64,000 nt of DNA from an uncultured Planctomycetota bacterium (lineage in GTDB: Bacteria > Planctomycetota > Planctomycetia > Isosphaerales > Isosphaeraceae): positions 864,001 through 928,000 of the forward strand of contig CAWGMQ010000011.1 of assembly GCA_963823665.1 (NCBI GenBank), read 5' to 3'. The notes below the pieces were generated by a model, which was not told where the DNA came from, did no database searches, and worked only from the letters and a program-made list of their open reading frames with translations. Both the position numbers and the translations under genes were made by a program. Numbering within the stretch: the first letter of the stretch is position 1; each line of letters starts with the position of its first letter. Shown here piece after piece: positions 29,861 through 41,232 of this stretch.

Positions 29861-32800
29861 TCACTTCGCGAACCGCGGGTCGAGCGCAGCCGCCTGGCGT
29901 TCATCCGCCTCGGCCTCTCGTACCTGGCCGAGGCCTTTGCGCCAGGCCTCGCGCGTGGTACGCCAGCGCCAGAATCGGATCGATCTTCAATGCCTCGTCG
30001 CAATCGGCGATGGCGTTCTGGTGATTGCCCTGTTGCACGTAGGCCCAGGCGCGCCGCGCCAGGACCACCGCGTGCCGGCGATCGATCTTTAGCGCCGCGG
30101 AAAGCTCGGCGATGGCGCCCGCGTAGTCGTTCGCCATGAGAAGGGCTTCGCCGCGCCTCCAGCGGGATTCCCAGCTCCCCGGATCTCCTTCGACCACCTT
30201 GGCGTAGTCGGCGGCCGCTTCGCGCCATCGGCCGAGCCGGGCGAAGACGCGCCCGCGGAAGCTCCGCTGATCTCGGTCGGCCGGATCGGTCGCGATCAAG
30301 CGATCGAGGTGCCAGAGGGCAGCCTCTTCGTCGCCATCGGCCTCATATTCGCTTGCGAGGCAGCGGTGCCAGGCGGTCGAATCCGCCGGATCCACCCGGC
30401 CGAAGCCGGGGTACTTCGCACGTAACAATCGCCAGCGGTCGAGCCATGCCTCAGAAGTCAACCCGGCATCCGAACCGGCTCGAAGCTCATTGCCGGAGAG
30501 AACCTCCGCCGCCCGGCAGAGGTCGTCGAGCGGCATCGTGGTCTCGGCGGTCAAATCATCCAGGCTCCAGGAGAGCAGATGTCTCCCACCCCCTGCCAGC
30601 ACGGCACGGCGACCATTGGGAGTGACGAGGCTGCACCAGGCATTCCCACCGAATTCCAGGAAGGGTGAGACGGGTCTAGCCGTGTGCCGGTCCCAGACGC
30701 AGGCGGTTCCGTCCCTGCTGGAGGTGACGATCCAGCGCTCATTTTGAGTAAACGTGGCCGTGTACACCGCGCCCTTGTGCAGGAACGTGCGCAGGACCTT
30801 GGTGGTTCGCCAATCCCACAAAAGAGCGGAGCCGTCACGGCAGGAAGAGAGTACGCTGTTGCCGTCGCGGCTGAAGCATGCGGTGTAAACCCAATCGGGA
30901 TGACGAAGCGGTGCGGATAGCGGCTGGCCGGTCTCGAAGTTCCAGACGCGCACCGTTTTGTCCCAGGATGCAGTGAGCAGCATGGTGCCGTCTTCGGAAA
31001 GCACGGCATCTCCGCAGATGGCTTCATGAACGAGCGCCGGGTAACGCGGCAGCCACGTGGCTGTGTCCCACACCCGGACCATGCCGTTCGTGCCCCAGCT
31101 CAAGAGCGCGGCCCCATTGGGAGTGAATCTGACCGACGGCCAGATATTCTCGGCGGGAATGGCATCACCCTGCTCGAGACGGCGAACCAGCTTGCCGGTG
31201 GCCGGGTCGAGAATCAGGATCTGTCCACCCGTGCAAATTGCAGCTAGCTGCGTGCCGTCCAAACTGTACGCGAGACCGCGCGCTTCCGCGGGCAGCGGTA
31301 TCTCCTCGAACAGTCGCTCGCCGGTCGTTCGGCTCCAGAACTCGAGCCTCCCCACGTTCCCCTCCGGCTCGACTCGCATGGCCGTTCGCTCTTCGCGATT
31401 TCCAGCGAACGAGCAAACGGTCACAACCTGGCCGCCGTCGGGCGACACTGCGGCCTCGGTGATCAGCCCTCCGACATCGAGCAGCGGGCTCGCCGGCCGG
31501 CCCGTCTCGACTTCGTAGACGCGCAAGGTGCGGTACACATTCGCCCACCAGCCCGCTCCGGTCGCCACGACGTAACGGCCGTCGGGAGTCAGCCGGGCGG
31601 AGGTTAGACCGACATCAACGGGCAGGTAGAGATTCCGGGGGTTGCCGCGCGGCGGCGACCAGACGCGCACCAGTCCGTCCGACTGGGCTGTCGCCAGCAC
31701 CCTGCCATCGGGCGAGTAGGCAACCAGCTCAACGCCGTCCTGATGCACGAGCGGGCCCGCCATTGCCTCGGCATCTGTCAGGTACCAGAAACCCGCACGA
31801 CGATCCTCGCCGCCGGTCACGACGGTTCGCCCGTCGGGATTGAACGCGACGGACGTCACGTAATTCTGATGCGAGAGAAACGTGCCGACCTGCTTGGCTT
31901 GCCGCGCGTCCCAGATTTGCGCTCCGCTGAAGCCCGCCACCACGAAGAATGAGCCATTTGCGTTTGCCGACACCAGAAACGCCTGCCCGCCGATTCCCCG
32001 TTCGTTCTGGAAAGGAATACTCTTGACCTCGCTGCCGGTTTCGGCGTCCCACCAGCCGGCGCGACGGTCTTCAACGACGGTAATGAGACCTCGACCACCC
32101 TGGACGAATGCGGGCGGCGCGGGATGCACACCATACTTCGGATCGGGTTGTTGATGCGGCACCGGGGCGAAAAGCGGTTGCGGATTTTCCTCATTTCCCG
32201 GGATCGCAAACACCCGGGCGAGCTGATCGTTGCAAGCTGTCGCCAAGCGGTCTTCCTTCTCATTGAATGTCAGGCCGACCACGCGCCTGGGGTGGGGCAG
32301 CTCCGGAGTGATGAAGAGGCGCCGGGTCAAATCCCATACGCGAGCCCCCTGCCCGCCCAGCGCCAGCAGTCGTCCGCTCGCGCTCAAGGCCATCGCGCTC
32401 GTGGCACGGCCGGTTGTGAATTTGTGTCGAAGATCACCGCTGGGAAACGCCCGAATATGAACCTCGCCTCCCTGCGCCGCCACGATGACGGATTGACCAT
32501 CGGGAGTCCATGCCGCGCACGCGGCCTCCAGGTCGCCGTTGCCCCATTCCAGGGCCTCCTCACGCGCCAGGTCCCACACGAAGAATCGGCTCTGATGCGT
32601 GATGCAAAGCAAATACTGGCCGTCGGGATGAAATGCAATGTGACGGAGGCCTTGGCCCCCATGCTGAAGGGCAGCCGCCGGTTCCGGCACGAGCCGCGCC
32701 CACGATCGCACCCTGACGCGGCTTGCGTGCTGCCGGAAGGGCTCGGAGTCCTGGCGTGCGGCGTTGGCAAACCAGAGCAGCGCGTGCGCCGCGTCACCCT

Positions 32801-34208
32801 GGCTTGCTGTGGTGAGCCCGTAGGCGGTGTACATGTCGGAAAGCGCGGTTTCGGCCTTGCGCCGCTCACCGGCTTCCCGCTGCCGGGCTGCTTCGGACTC
32901 GGCCGCCACGTGGCCGAGCCAGACGGCGGCAACGCTGGCGCCGGCCGCCACCGTCACAATGAGGGCGGCCACTGCCGCCGTGAGGCTCGCGATCAACGGG
33001 TTTCGCCGGCACCAACGCCGGAACCGCTCGATCTCGCCCACAGGCCTGGCGCGGATGGGCTCGTTGCGGAGGAACCTGCCAAGATCTTCAGCGAGCAGGG
33101 CCGCCGTGCTATACCGCGCGGAGGGATCCTTACGCAGGCACTTCAGGCAGATCGTCTCCAGGTCGCGCGGGACTTTCGGCCGCAGCCTGCGGGGCGGAAC
33201 GACTTCCTGCGTTCGCACCATATCGCAGGTGTCGAAGGGTGTGGCACCCTGAAACGGCGGGCGCCCGGTGAGCATTTCGTACAGGATGGCCCCCACGGCG
33301 TAAACGTCGCAGGGCGGGCCAATCTGCTTGCTGATGCCACTGGTCTGTTCAGGCGCCATGTAGCTGGGCGTGCCGAGTATCCACCCGGTCTGAGTCAGGC
33401 TCGCGCCGCCATCGATCGGCTTGGCCAGGCCAAAGTCGGTGATCTTGGGAATGCCCTCGCCGGTCAGGAGAATGTTCGCCGGCTTCAAATCCCGGTGCAC
33501 GATCCCACGCGAGTGGGCGAAATGAACCGCGGCGGCCACGCCCTCGGCGATCTGGGCGGCATAGCGCGTGTCCTGAGGCTTGCCCGCCAAGCTCGCTGCC
33601 AGCGTGCCCCCTTCGATCAACTCCATCACGATGTAGGGGCGGTCGCGGTGGCTGTTGACCTCATAGATCTGTACGATCCGGGGATGCTGCAACTGTGCGA
33701 CCGCCTCGGCTTCGACCAGAAAGCGGCACAGGTCTTCGCTGCTTGCGGTTTCTCCCCCGCGAATCATCTTCAAGGCGACCAGACGGTTGAGCTGAACCTG
33801 GCGGGCCTTGTAAACGATGCCCATGCCGCCACGCCCGAGCTCGCCCAGGATCTCGATGCCCGGCAACCGTTCGGCCGGCAGCTTGGGGAAAGTCGTCGAA
33901 TCGCCCTTCATGGCAGGCGGCACGCGGAACTGCGGTTTCGCCGGCAACGGCGCGGGTGGTGGGGCAGCCGCGATCCGCTTCAGAACGCCATCGACCTCCG
34001 GCTCGCCACCCGGCTGCGCACGGCCGGCGTTCCGAATATCAGCGAGCAGTGGATCCCTTGCCTGGGCCGATCCGACCAGTTCCGAGCACTCGGAGCAAAC
34101 CAGGATATGTTGCCCGAGCTGCTCGGCGTCCGGTTCCGGGAGCTCTCCGAGCGCCAGACGCTCAAGGTCACGTGGGTCAGGACAGTCAGGCGATCGGGTC
34201 ATGGACAA
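29861..34208 (-). CDS. Ser/Thr protein kinase with N-terminal HxxxCxxC finger, TM, WD40 and TPR repeats (frameshift near 29937)
   Basis: [32 protein letters not shown] and GTPSYMAPE. The true C-terminus [24 protein letters not shown] lies in the other frame. Confidence 0.92.
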
Positions 34209-34332
34209 CCCCGGATGCTCATTACGATTGCCACCGCAACAGTATACGGTCGGTCGAGCGATTTACCCGATAGACCCGATCCCCGTCCACTTCCCATGTT
34301 GCAAGAACTCGACAATACCGACGTGATTCCAT

Positions 34333-34368
34333 TTGACAGTGTTACATTTAACGGATATAACACTGTCA
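34333..34368 (+). promoter_or_regulatory. Sigma-70 promoter overlapped by an 11-bp inverted-repeat operator
   Basis: TTGACA-17 nt-TATAAC; TGACAGTGTTA (34334-34344) and TAACACTGTCA (34358-34368); ATG 7 nt after the -10 box. Confidence 0.85.
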
Positions 34369-35019
34369 TGAAGAACGTGGACGACATGCGCTGGACTATT
34401 GAGCAGTTGCGAGAACCGGGTAGCGGCGGTGCTCGGTGCGGGCTATGAGGGGCCGCCGAACAGGCGGGTGCGCGACGTTCCGGACGAGCGGACGATTCGG
34501 TATTACACGACACTCGGCCTGATCGACCGCGCCGTCGAGATGCGCGGGCGGACTGCGCTTTACGGGCCGCGCCACCTCCTGCAGCTCGTGGCGATCAAGA
34601 AGCTGCAAGCCAAGGGGCAGGCTCTCGCCCTGGTCCAGCGCAATCTGGCTGGCCAGACGGACGTCGCGCTGGCGCGTTTGGCCGGGGTCAGCTCGGGTGA
34701 GTTGCCGGCAGCGACGACGCCGACACCCAGTTCGCGGCGGGAGTTCTGGAAGGAGGCACCTGCGCCGTCCAGCGCGCCAGAACGTGACGCAACCGAATCG
34801 CTTGCGGAGGAAAGAATGGAAGCCGCGCCGGCGGCGGATGAGCGCCCTCAGTCGTTGCAGGGAATTCCACTTGCCGAGAATGTCACGCTCTTGCTCGCTT
34901 CGTCGCGACCGCTCAACAGCGACGACCTCGAAGCTCTTCGTTCAGTCAGCCGTCCGTTGATCGATTTGCTGGTCAAACTTGAAATCACACCACCGCGTGG
35001 AGAAAGAGGGTTCCGATGA
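34368..35019 (+). CDS. MerR-type HTH regulator (frameshift near 34415)
   Basis: MKNVDDMRWTIEQLRE / VAAVLG...VPDERTIRYYTTLGLIDR...ALYGPRHLLQLVAIKKLQAKG. Confidence 0.85.
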
Positions 35020-37391
35020 GCTCACCCCTGCCGCTGCTTCGAGACGATGAATCGACTCCGGCCAGTTTCTCAGTTGGAACCGACGGCTACGACACCGGCT
35101 TCGGGGCTCTTCAAACGGAGCGCGGGCACCTGCCGCTTGAGTCGATGGACGTGCTCGCGCGGATCGACGGGCTTTTGTGCCGTTCCACGGTGCGACAGGT
35201 TTTCGTTAATGCATTCGACACCCCGCTCGAGGCAACGTACATCTTCCCCCTGCCCGACCGCGCCGCGGTGACCGGTTTTCGCATGGAGGTCGCCGGCAGA
35301 GTCATTGAAGGGGAACTGCAAGAGCGCGGAAAGGCGCGCGAAGCGTATGAACAAGCGATCGCCGCGGGCCAGCGCGCGGCGATCGCCGAGGAAGACCGGC
35401 CTGGCGTCTTCAACCTGCGAGTCGGCAACTTGTTGCCTGGCGATCGGGCGGCCGTCGAGCTCACGATGTCCGGAGTTCTCCCATATGCGGACGGCGAGGT
35501 CACGTTTCGCTTTCCACTGGTCGTCGCGCCACGATACATCCCCGGCACGCCGCTGCCGGGACCGTCTGTCGGCGACGGGACGGCTCTCGACACGACCGCG
35601 GTTCCTGACGCGTCGCGAATCATCCCGCCCGTGCTCCTGCCGGGCTTCCCCAGCCCGGTGCGCCTCAGCCTGATGGTCTTGATCACCGACGGCCAGGTAG
35701 GGAACGAGGACCAGCTCCTCAGCACGCTCGGCCGCAGCCTGAAGGGCATTCGTGTTTTCACGCTGGGCATCGATCGGGCCGTGAATGAAGGCTTCCTGCG
35801 CCGTCTGGCCGAGCTCGGCGGCGGCGCCTGCGAGCTCGTCGAGTCGGAAGCTCGGCTGGACGAGGTCATGCAATCAATTCACCGCCGCATCGGCACACCG
35901 CTCTTGACGGGGTTACACCTCGAGTCGGAAGGCATTGCGATCGAGCCGGGCGAGATTGTTCCATCTCGCTTGCCCGACCTTTTCAGCGGCTCGCCTCTGC
36001 TCATTCTGGGGCGCTACCGTGGGCAATCAGAATCATCGCTGACGATTCACGCGACGGATGGGCAAGGGCGGGCGTGGGCGGAAAACGTGGCGGCCACCGC
36101 ACGTGAGAATCCCGCGATCGCTTCCGCGTGGGCACGGGGCCAGATTCGTCAGCTCGAGGATCGGTATGCCGCCGGAGACGGCAACCGCATCGGGCTCGAA
36201 CGGACAATCGTCGACTTCTCGCTCAGGTTCCACGTCCTCAGCCGCTTCACGGCTTATGTCGCTGTTGATTGCTCGCAGGCTGTCAATCTCGGCAGTGCAT
36301 TGCAGCAGGTCGTGCAACCGGTCGAGATGCCGGAGGGGTGGCAGGCTCCCGTTGCGATGCGCACTGTTTCGGTGATGCGCTATGAAGCGTGCGAATCCGT
36401 TGCCGACTTTCACTCGCTGGAAGACTCGGTGCTGGCGCGACCGGCCCGGCGAAAGCAGCGTTTTCGCGATCTTGGAGCACACCGCGCAGAAGCTGTTCCG
36501 CCACCGGCCCAAGTTTCGGCGTCAGCTCCCCCAATGGGCAGCGTTCCCGTCCCGGACGCACTTTCGCAGCGGTTCGAAGTCGGCGAGGTAGTCGGCCACG
36601 GCGGCATGGGGCGGATTTACAAGGGGAGTGATCGCACGACGGGAAAGCCGGTCGTCGTGAAAGTCAATCCTCGCGATTGCTTTCGGCCGGAGGTATTCGC
36701 CCGCTGGCGCCAGTTGAATGAGTTGCTGGCGCAACTTGGGCATCCGGTGTTTCTGCCGGCCATCGACATGGGTTACTCGGGAGACTCGTTCTGGCAGATC
36801 GTGCCCGTCGTCACCGGGGAGAGCTTGACAGCAAGGCTGCGCTCAGCCGGCCGCATGCCGTTCCGCGAGGCGGCGGCGCTCGTGGCGGAACTGGCTGAAG
36901 CGCTTCAGCTTGCGCATGCGCAGGGACTTGTGCACGGTGATCTCAAGCCGGATCACATCCTCCTCGGAGACGATGGTCAAATCCGCGTGGTCGATTTCGG
37001 CGAACTGCCGCTCAGAGCGGCGGATTCAAGACCCGACTCGATGGTGGGAACGCCCGCGTACATGGCACCGGAGCGGGTTCGCGGAGAAGTTGGTCCGGGC
37101 GACCCTCAATGCGAGGTCTACGCCCTTGGGGTGATTCTCTACGAGATCATCACCGGTGTGTTGCCTTTTCCAGGCGCGTCGATCGCCGAGGTTTTTGCCG
37201 CGATCCTGAAGAGCGCGCCGAAACCGCCGAGGAAGGTTGTGCGTTCCGTGCCCGCTTCGCTCGAAACAATTTGCCTGAAGGCGATAGCCAAGGACCGGGC
37301 CGTCCGATACGCGACGGCGGGTGAGCTTGCCGCCGCGCTCCGGGGTGTTCTCGCCCCGGCGCGGCGTAAGGGCTTCTGGAAGGCGACGTGA
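35016..37391 (+). CDS. VIT domain, truncated vWA domain and C-terminal Ser/Thr kinase fusion
   Basis: VIT: QVFVN...LEATYIFPLP..AAVTGF...AREAYEQA. vWA tail: LITDGQVGNE, VFTLGID, LAELGGG. Kinase: GHGGMG, HGDLKP, DFG, GTPAYMAPE. Confidence 0.88.
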   Translation: MSSPLPLLRDDESTPASFSVGTDGYDTGFGALQTERGHLPLESMDVLARIDGLLCRSTVRQVFVNAFDTPLEATYIFPLPDRAAVTGFRMEVAGRVIEGELQERGKAREAYEQAIAAGQRAAIAEEDRPGVFNLRVGNLLPGDRAAVELTMSGVLPYADGEVTFRFPLVVAPRYIPGTPLPGPSVGDGTALDTTAVPDASRIIPPVLLPGFPSPVRLSLMVLITDGQVGNEDQLLSTLGRSLKGIRVFTLGIDRAVNEGFLRRLAELGGGACELVESEARLDEVMQSIHRRIGTPLLTGLHLESEGIAIEPGEIVPSRLPDLFSGSPLLILGRYRGQSESSLTIHATDGQGRAWAENVAATARENPAIASAWARGQIRQLEDRYAAGDGNRIGLERTIVDFSLRFHVLSRFTAYVAVDCSQAVNLGSALQQVVQPVEMPEGWQAPVAMRTVSVMRYEACESVADFHSLEDSVLARPARRKQRFRDLGAHRAEAVPPPAQVSASAPPMGSVPVPDALSQRFEVGEVVGHGGMGRIYKGSDRTTGKPVVVKVNPRDCFRPEVFARWRQLNELLAQLGHPVFLPAIDMGYSGDSFWQIVPVVTGESLTARLRSAGRMPFREAAALVAELAEALQLAHAQGLVHGDLKPDHILLGDDGQIRVVDFGELPLRAADSRPDSMVGTPAYMAPERVRGEVGPGDPQCEVYALGVILYEIITGVLPFPGASIAEVFAAILKSAPKPPRKVVRSVPASLETICLKAIAKDRAVRYATAGELAAALRGVLAPARRKGFWKAT

Positions 37392-37548
37392 ATTTGTGAT
37401 TTCGACGTCAAGTCGGCAACTTCGACCGTTTTCAGGGCATCCCGAGGGTTGCAGCCGAAGGCCTGCTCGGGTAGCGTCGAATGGCTGTGGATAGCGAGCG
37501 CTGGCTGTGCAGGCGCGTCGTGATTTCGCGAAGGGGAAAGGCGGCCTC

Positions 37549-38139
37549 ATGCCGGATCAGGACGGTGGCGGAAATCGCGGGCGGCGCGGACCTTCGGGTG
37601 GCCGGCGGCAATGGCAAGGGCGGCGCGGGCCCGCTTCCGGTCACGGCGGCGCCTCGCGAACACGGCAGCGGCCCGGTGCTGGCGGCGCCCACGGAACCTC
37701 CGGCATCGGGCTTTCGCGACTCGCTAGTGGGGACTTTGAACTGGTTCACCCGCGCAAGGTGGAGGAGACGCAAGAGGATTACGCGGAGGGAATCGAGCTC
37801 TGGAACGAGGGCGACGTCGAATCGGCGCGGGACGCGCTGCGATATGTTCTCTCGGCATGCCATGCGAATTTGAGGGCCCACGTCGCGCTCGGGCGCATTG
37901 CGCTTTGCGAGTTTCGAGATCCGGCGCTGGCGCGGGGCCACTTCGGGTATGCGTTCGAGCTAGGCAAACGTGCTTTGCCCGGTGATTTCTCGGGCCGTCT
38001 GGCGCCGGATAGGCCGGCGAACCGTCCGTTTTACGAGGCTCTGGACGGGCTGTTGGAATCTCTGCATGCCCTCGGCGAGCAGGGGGAGTGCCAGCGGCTG
38101 CGCGAGCTTCGCGCGAGGCTTTCAAAAAGCCGGGATTGA
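37549..38139 (+). CDS. Hypothetical TPR-like protein
   Basis: FELVHPRKVEETQEDYAEGIELW...ARDALRYVL...AHVALGRIA...LARGHFGYAFELG. Confidence 0.75.
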   Translation: MPDQDGGGNRGRRGPSGGRRQWQGRRGPASGHGGASRTRQRPGAGGAHGTSGIGLSRLASGDFELVHPRKVEETQEDYAEGIELWNEGDVESARDALRYVLSACHANLRAHVALGRIALCEFRDPALARGHFGYAFELGKRALPGDFSGRLAPDRPANRPFYEALDGLLESLHALGEQGECQRLRELRARLSKSRD

Positions 38140-38457
38140 GATCGAGTTGAGGTTGCCGGCACGGGCAAACTGTGCATTCGATCGAGGCGCGTCGTCGGCT
38201 CGAGGGATTTTTCGACTTTAATGAAATTTTCGGCCTTGCAGGGTTTTCACGATCGGGATAGAACCACCCCAGAACGCTGCGGACGAGCCGGAAGAATCGC
38301 CTGATACTGACGTCGCTTGCAGTTGTGTCGACGGGATGGAAGCCTGATCGTCGAAAAAAACCGCGAGTGAAACGGAAGTGCTCGTGAGGAATTTCAGCCG
38401 TCCGGCCATGGCGGCGGGTCGCCTTCGGGAGGCGCAGCCGACTACGGTGCTCTTGTC

Positions 38458-39354
38458 ATGATCATTCGTTCGGTCGCCGGAGGCGTGGAAGTCCTCGCGC
38501 CGGCGAAGTTAAACCTTTTTCTGGAAGTTCTCGGGCGCAGGCCCGACGGCTATCACGAAATCGAGTCGCTGATGGTCGCGGTAAACCTGCATGACTCCTT
38601 GACCTTCGCAGACGACCCTACGGGGGCGATCAGCCTGCGGTGTAACGAGCCGACCTTGCCGGTCGGCGGCGACAATCTCGTGGTGATGGCAGCCGAACGT
38701 CTGAAGGCGTCGGCACGAAGTCTTCGAGGAGCGAGGATCGTTCTGGACAAGGCGATTCCCGCGGAGTCGGGGCTGGCCGGCGGCTCGAGCGACGCAGCGG
38801 CGACGCTCGTGGCACTTGACCGGCTCTGGGACCTCCGATTGCCGGCTGATCATTTGCGGGAGCTGGCGGCGGAGATCGGCAGTGACGTGACCTTCTTCAT
38901 CCATGGACCGGCCGCGGTTTGCCGCGGGCGAGGCGAGCGGGTGGAGCCGGTTGCTCTCAAGGAACGCTATCACTTCGTCTTGGTTCGTCCGCCTGTCGGG
39001 ATCAGCACGGCCGACGTTTATCGCCGGGTGGTTCCACCCGAGGAGCCTCGACCGATCGGGCCCATTCTCGAGGCCCTTTCGCAGGGTGGATTCGCGGAAC
39101 TGGGTCGAAGCCTGTTCAATCGGCTTCAACCCGTCGCCGAGGCGCTTCGGCCCGAGCTCGTACGGGTCAGGGAAGCTCTGGCGAGTCTGGGCCCGTTACT
39201 GAGCGGGCTTTTGATGAGTGGCAGCGGCTCGGCCTATCTCGGGCTCTGCCCTGATTCGGCCGCGGCGTCCCGCGCTGCGGAGATCCTCAAGACGCTCGGA
39301 CTAGGATGGGTCCGAGTCGTGACCTGCCCCCCCCAAGCAGCAAACGCCCCGTAA
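38458..39354 (+). CDS. ispE: 4-diphosphocytidyl-2-C-methyl-D-erythritol kinase
   Basis: [38 protein letters not shown] and MSGSGS. Confidence 0.95.
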   Translation: MIIRSVAGGVEVLAPAKLNLFLEVLGRRPDGYHEIESLMVAVNLHDSLTFADDPTGAISLRCNEPTLPVGGDNLVVMAAERLKASARSLRGARIVLDKAIPAESGLAGGSSDAAATLVALDRLWDLRLPADHLRELAAEIGSDVTFFIHGPAAVCRGRGERVEPVALKERYHFVLVRPPVGISTADVYRRVVPPEEPRPIGPILEALSQGGFAELGRSLFNRLQPVAEALRPELVRVREALASLGPLLSGLLMSGSGSAYLGLCPDSAAASRAAEILKTLGLGWVRVVTCPPQAANAP

Positions 39355-39367
39355 AGGAGTACTGGCT

Positions 39368-40020
39368 GTGGAGATCACTGAAGTCCGCATCAAGCTCATG
39401 GAAGACAACTCGGGCAGCAACGAACGGTTGCAAGCCTTCTGTAGCATCACTTTCGACGACATGTTCGTCATCCGAGAACCTGAAGATCATCGAAGGCGCC
39501 AAGGGCTTCTTCGTGGCGATGCCGTCGCGCAAGCTGACTGATCGCTGCCACAACTGTGGAACGAAGAACCACCTTCGGAGCCGCTTCTGCAACCAATGCG
39601 GGTGCCGGCTCGATGAGAACCGTGCACTCCGCGATGCCGACGGGCGAGCCAAGTTGCATGCCGACATCGCCCACCCGATCAACTCGATGTGCCGTGAGAA
39701 AATTCAGGGGGCTGTTCTCTCCTCCTACGCCGAAGAGGCTCGAGCGCTCCAAGATGCCGGGCTACGTCTCGCGGTACGATGAGTACGAGGCCGACGAGTT
39801 CGACCTTCAGTACGAAGGCCAGGCCGCCGCTCCCATGACGGCCGGCAACGAGCCCCCACTGCGGCGCGGACCGCTGCGCGGCCACACCCAGCACGCCCGC
39901 GGCAACCAGTCGGTGCTCCGCGGCCCGCACGTGGCTTCGCGTAAGGAGAGTGCGTCCGAGGGAATGGTCTCCGACCACCACCACCGTGGCGAGTCGTCCT
40001 CGTTCGGCAGTGGTCTCTGA
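39368..40020 (+). CDS. spoVG: SpoVG family protein with zinc-ribbon insert (frameshifts near 39478 and 39737)
   Basis: GTG start after [16 protein letters not shown]...[16 protein letters not shown] / [20 protein letters not shown]...CNQC...DIAHPINS. Confidence 0.88.
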
Positions 40021-40127
40021 ACCGCCCATCCACGGTCAGTCTCCATTGTTGCGTCTCGCTCGGATGATCCCTGCTCGGCAGCCCGTGCCGTTCCCATTCA
40101 CAGCCACTGACTGATCGATTGCTCTTG

Positions 40128-40174
40128 CGACCCGGCCCATCGCGGTTTCTCTCGGTGGACCGGGTCGTTTTGTT
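40128..40174 (+). terminator. Rho-independent terminator after spoVG
   Basis: CGACCCGGCCCATCG / CGGTGGACCGGGTCG stem followed by TTTTGTT. Confidence 0.75.
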
Positions 40175-40380
40175 GTGCGCCGGGAAACAGGTACAGTAGG
40201 AATTCTGGAACCTCATTTTTCACGCCGTAGCCAATGAGCCTCGCAACCGGAAGAAAGTAGTGGTCTGCCTTGAGCGGCCAGAACGAGCCTCGACCATCGA
40301 ATGCACCACAGGACCGCGGGCCGCACGAAGCGGGCAAGGGCAAGCCGTCGTCCGGGCGTTCGGTATTGAGGGCACGAACC

Positions 40381-41232
40381 ATGCAGATCGCTCGCATTTG
40401 TGCCGGCGTTTATCTAGGAATCACCGCGGTGTTCTTTTCGCTTCAGAGCCGGATCATCTTTCCGGGCGCCAGCTCGCAGGGACAGCCTTTCGCCGGAGTG
40501 CACCCCCGGCGCGGCACCGAGCTGATCACGCTCAAGACCAAAAGCGGCGAGCGCGTCGTGGCCTTGTACGGCGCGGGGCTTCTTTCCGACGGCCGTCCCG
40601 ACCCCTCCGCCGCGATGCGCCGCACCATGATCTTCTTCTACGGCAACGCCATGTGCTTGAACTACTCGGATTCGCAGCTCGAACAGTTCCGCCGGCTCGG
40701 CTTGAATGTGCTCATCCCCGAATACGTCGGCTACGGAATGAGCAGCGGCCGGCCCTCCGAGCGCGGCTGCCAGGCGACGGCGCTGGCTGCGTACGACTAT
40801 CTCGTCGACGAGCGCGAGGTCACACCCGGCCAGATCATCGCCGCGGGTTGGTCCTTGGGCGGAGCCGTTGCCATCGATCTTGCCAGCCAGCGGGAGGTCT
40901 CTGGGTTGATGGCGTTCTCGTCATTTACAAGCGGCGTCGATATGGGAAGACGCATGCTGCCGATCCTGCCCGTCTCGATGTTGCTGCGCCACCGGTTCGA
41001 CAACATTCAGAAGATCACCAAGATCACGTGCCCAACCCTGATTGGCCACGGCCGCTGGGACAGATTGATCCCCTTTGCGATGGGCGAAGCCCTGGCGAAG
41101 AAGGCCGGCGGGCCCGTCACGACGCTCTGGATCGATCGCGCCGACCACAACGATTTCTTCGACGTGGGCGGCGAGCAGATCGATCAGGCGATCCTCAAGT
41201 TCGTCGCTGGGCTGGCCGGAAGCGATCGATGA
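40381..41232 (+). CDS. Alpha/beta hydrolase (ABHD17/BEM46-like)
   Basis: FFYGNA, EYVGYGMSSGRPSE, GWSLGG, HGRWD and ADHND; the start could be as early as 40270. Confidence 0.9.
   Translation: MQIARICAGVYLGITAVFFSLQSRIIFPGASSQGQPFAGVHPRRGTELITLKTKSGERVVALYGAGLLSDGRPDPSAAMRRTMIFFYGNAMCLNYSDSQLEQFRRLGLNVLIPEYVGYGMSSGRPSERGCQATALAAYDYLVDEREVTPGQIIAAGWSLGGAVAIDLASQREVSGLMAFSSFTSGVDMGRRMLPILPVSMLLRHRFDNIQKITKITCPTLIGHGRWDRLIPFAMGEALAKKAGGPVTTLWIDRADHNDFFDVGGEQIDQAILKFVAGLAGSDR

Noticed and set aside
40020..40270. tRNA or structured ncRNA after spoVG
   Set aside because: No cloverleaf or T-loop consensus was found; only a terminator hairpin.
26421..41232. TGA recoded as Trp (alternative genetic code), suggested by TGA at Trp-like positions in two toxins
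   Set aside because: TGA terminates many intact genes here (ftsH, bcp, pfkB), and Trp is encoded by TGG throughout.
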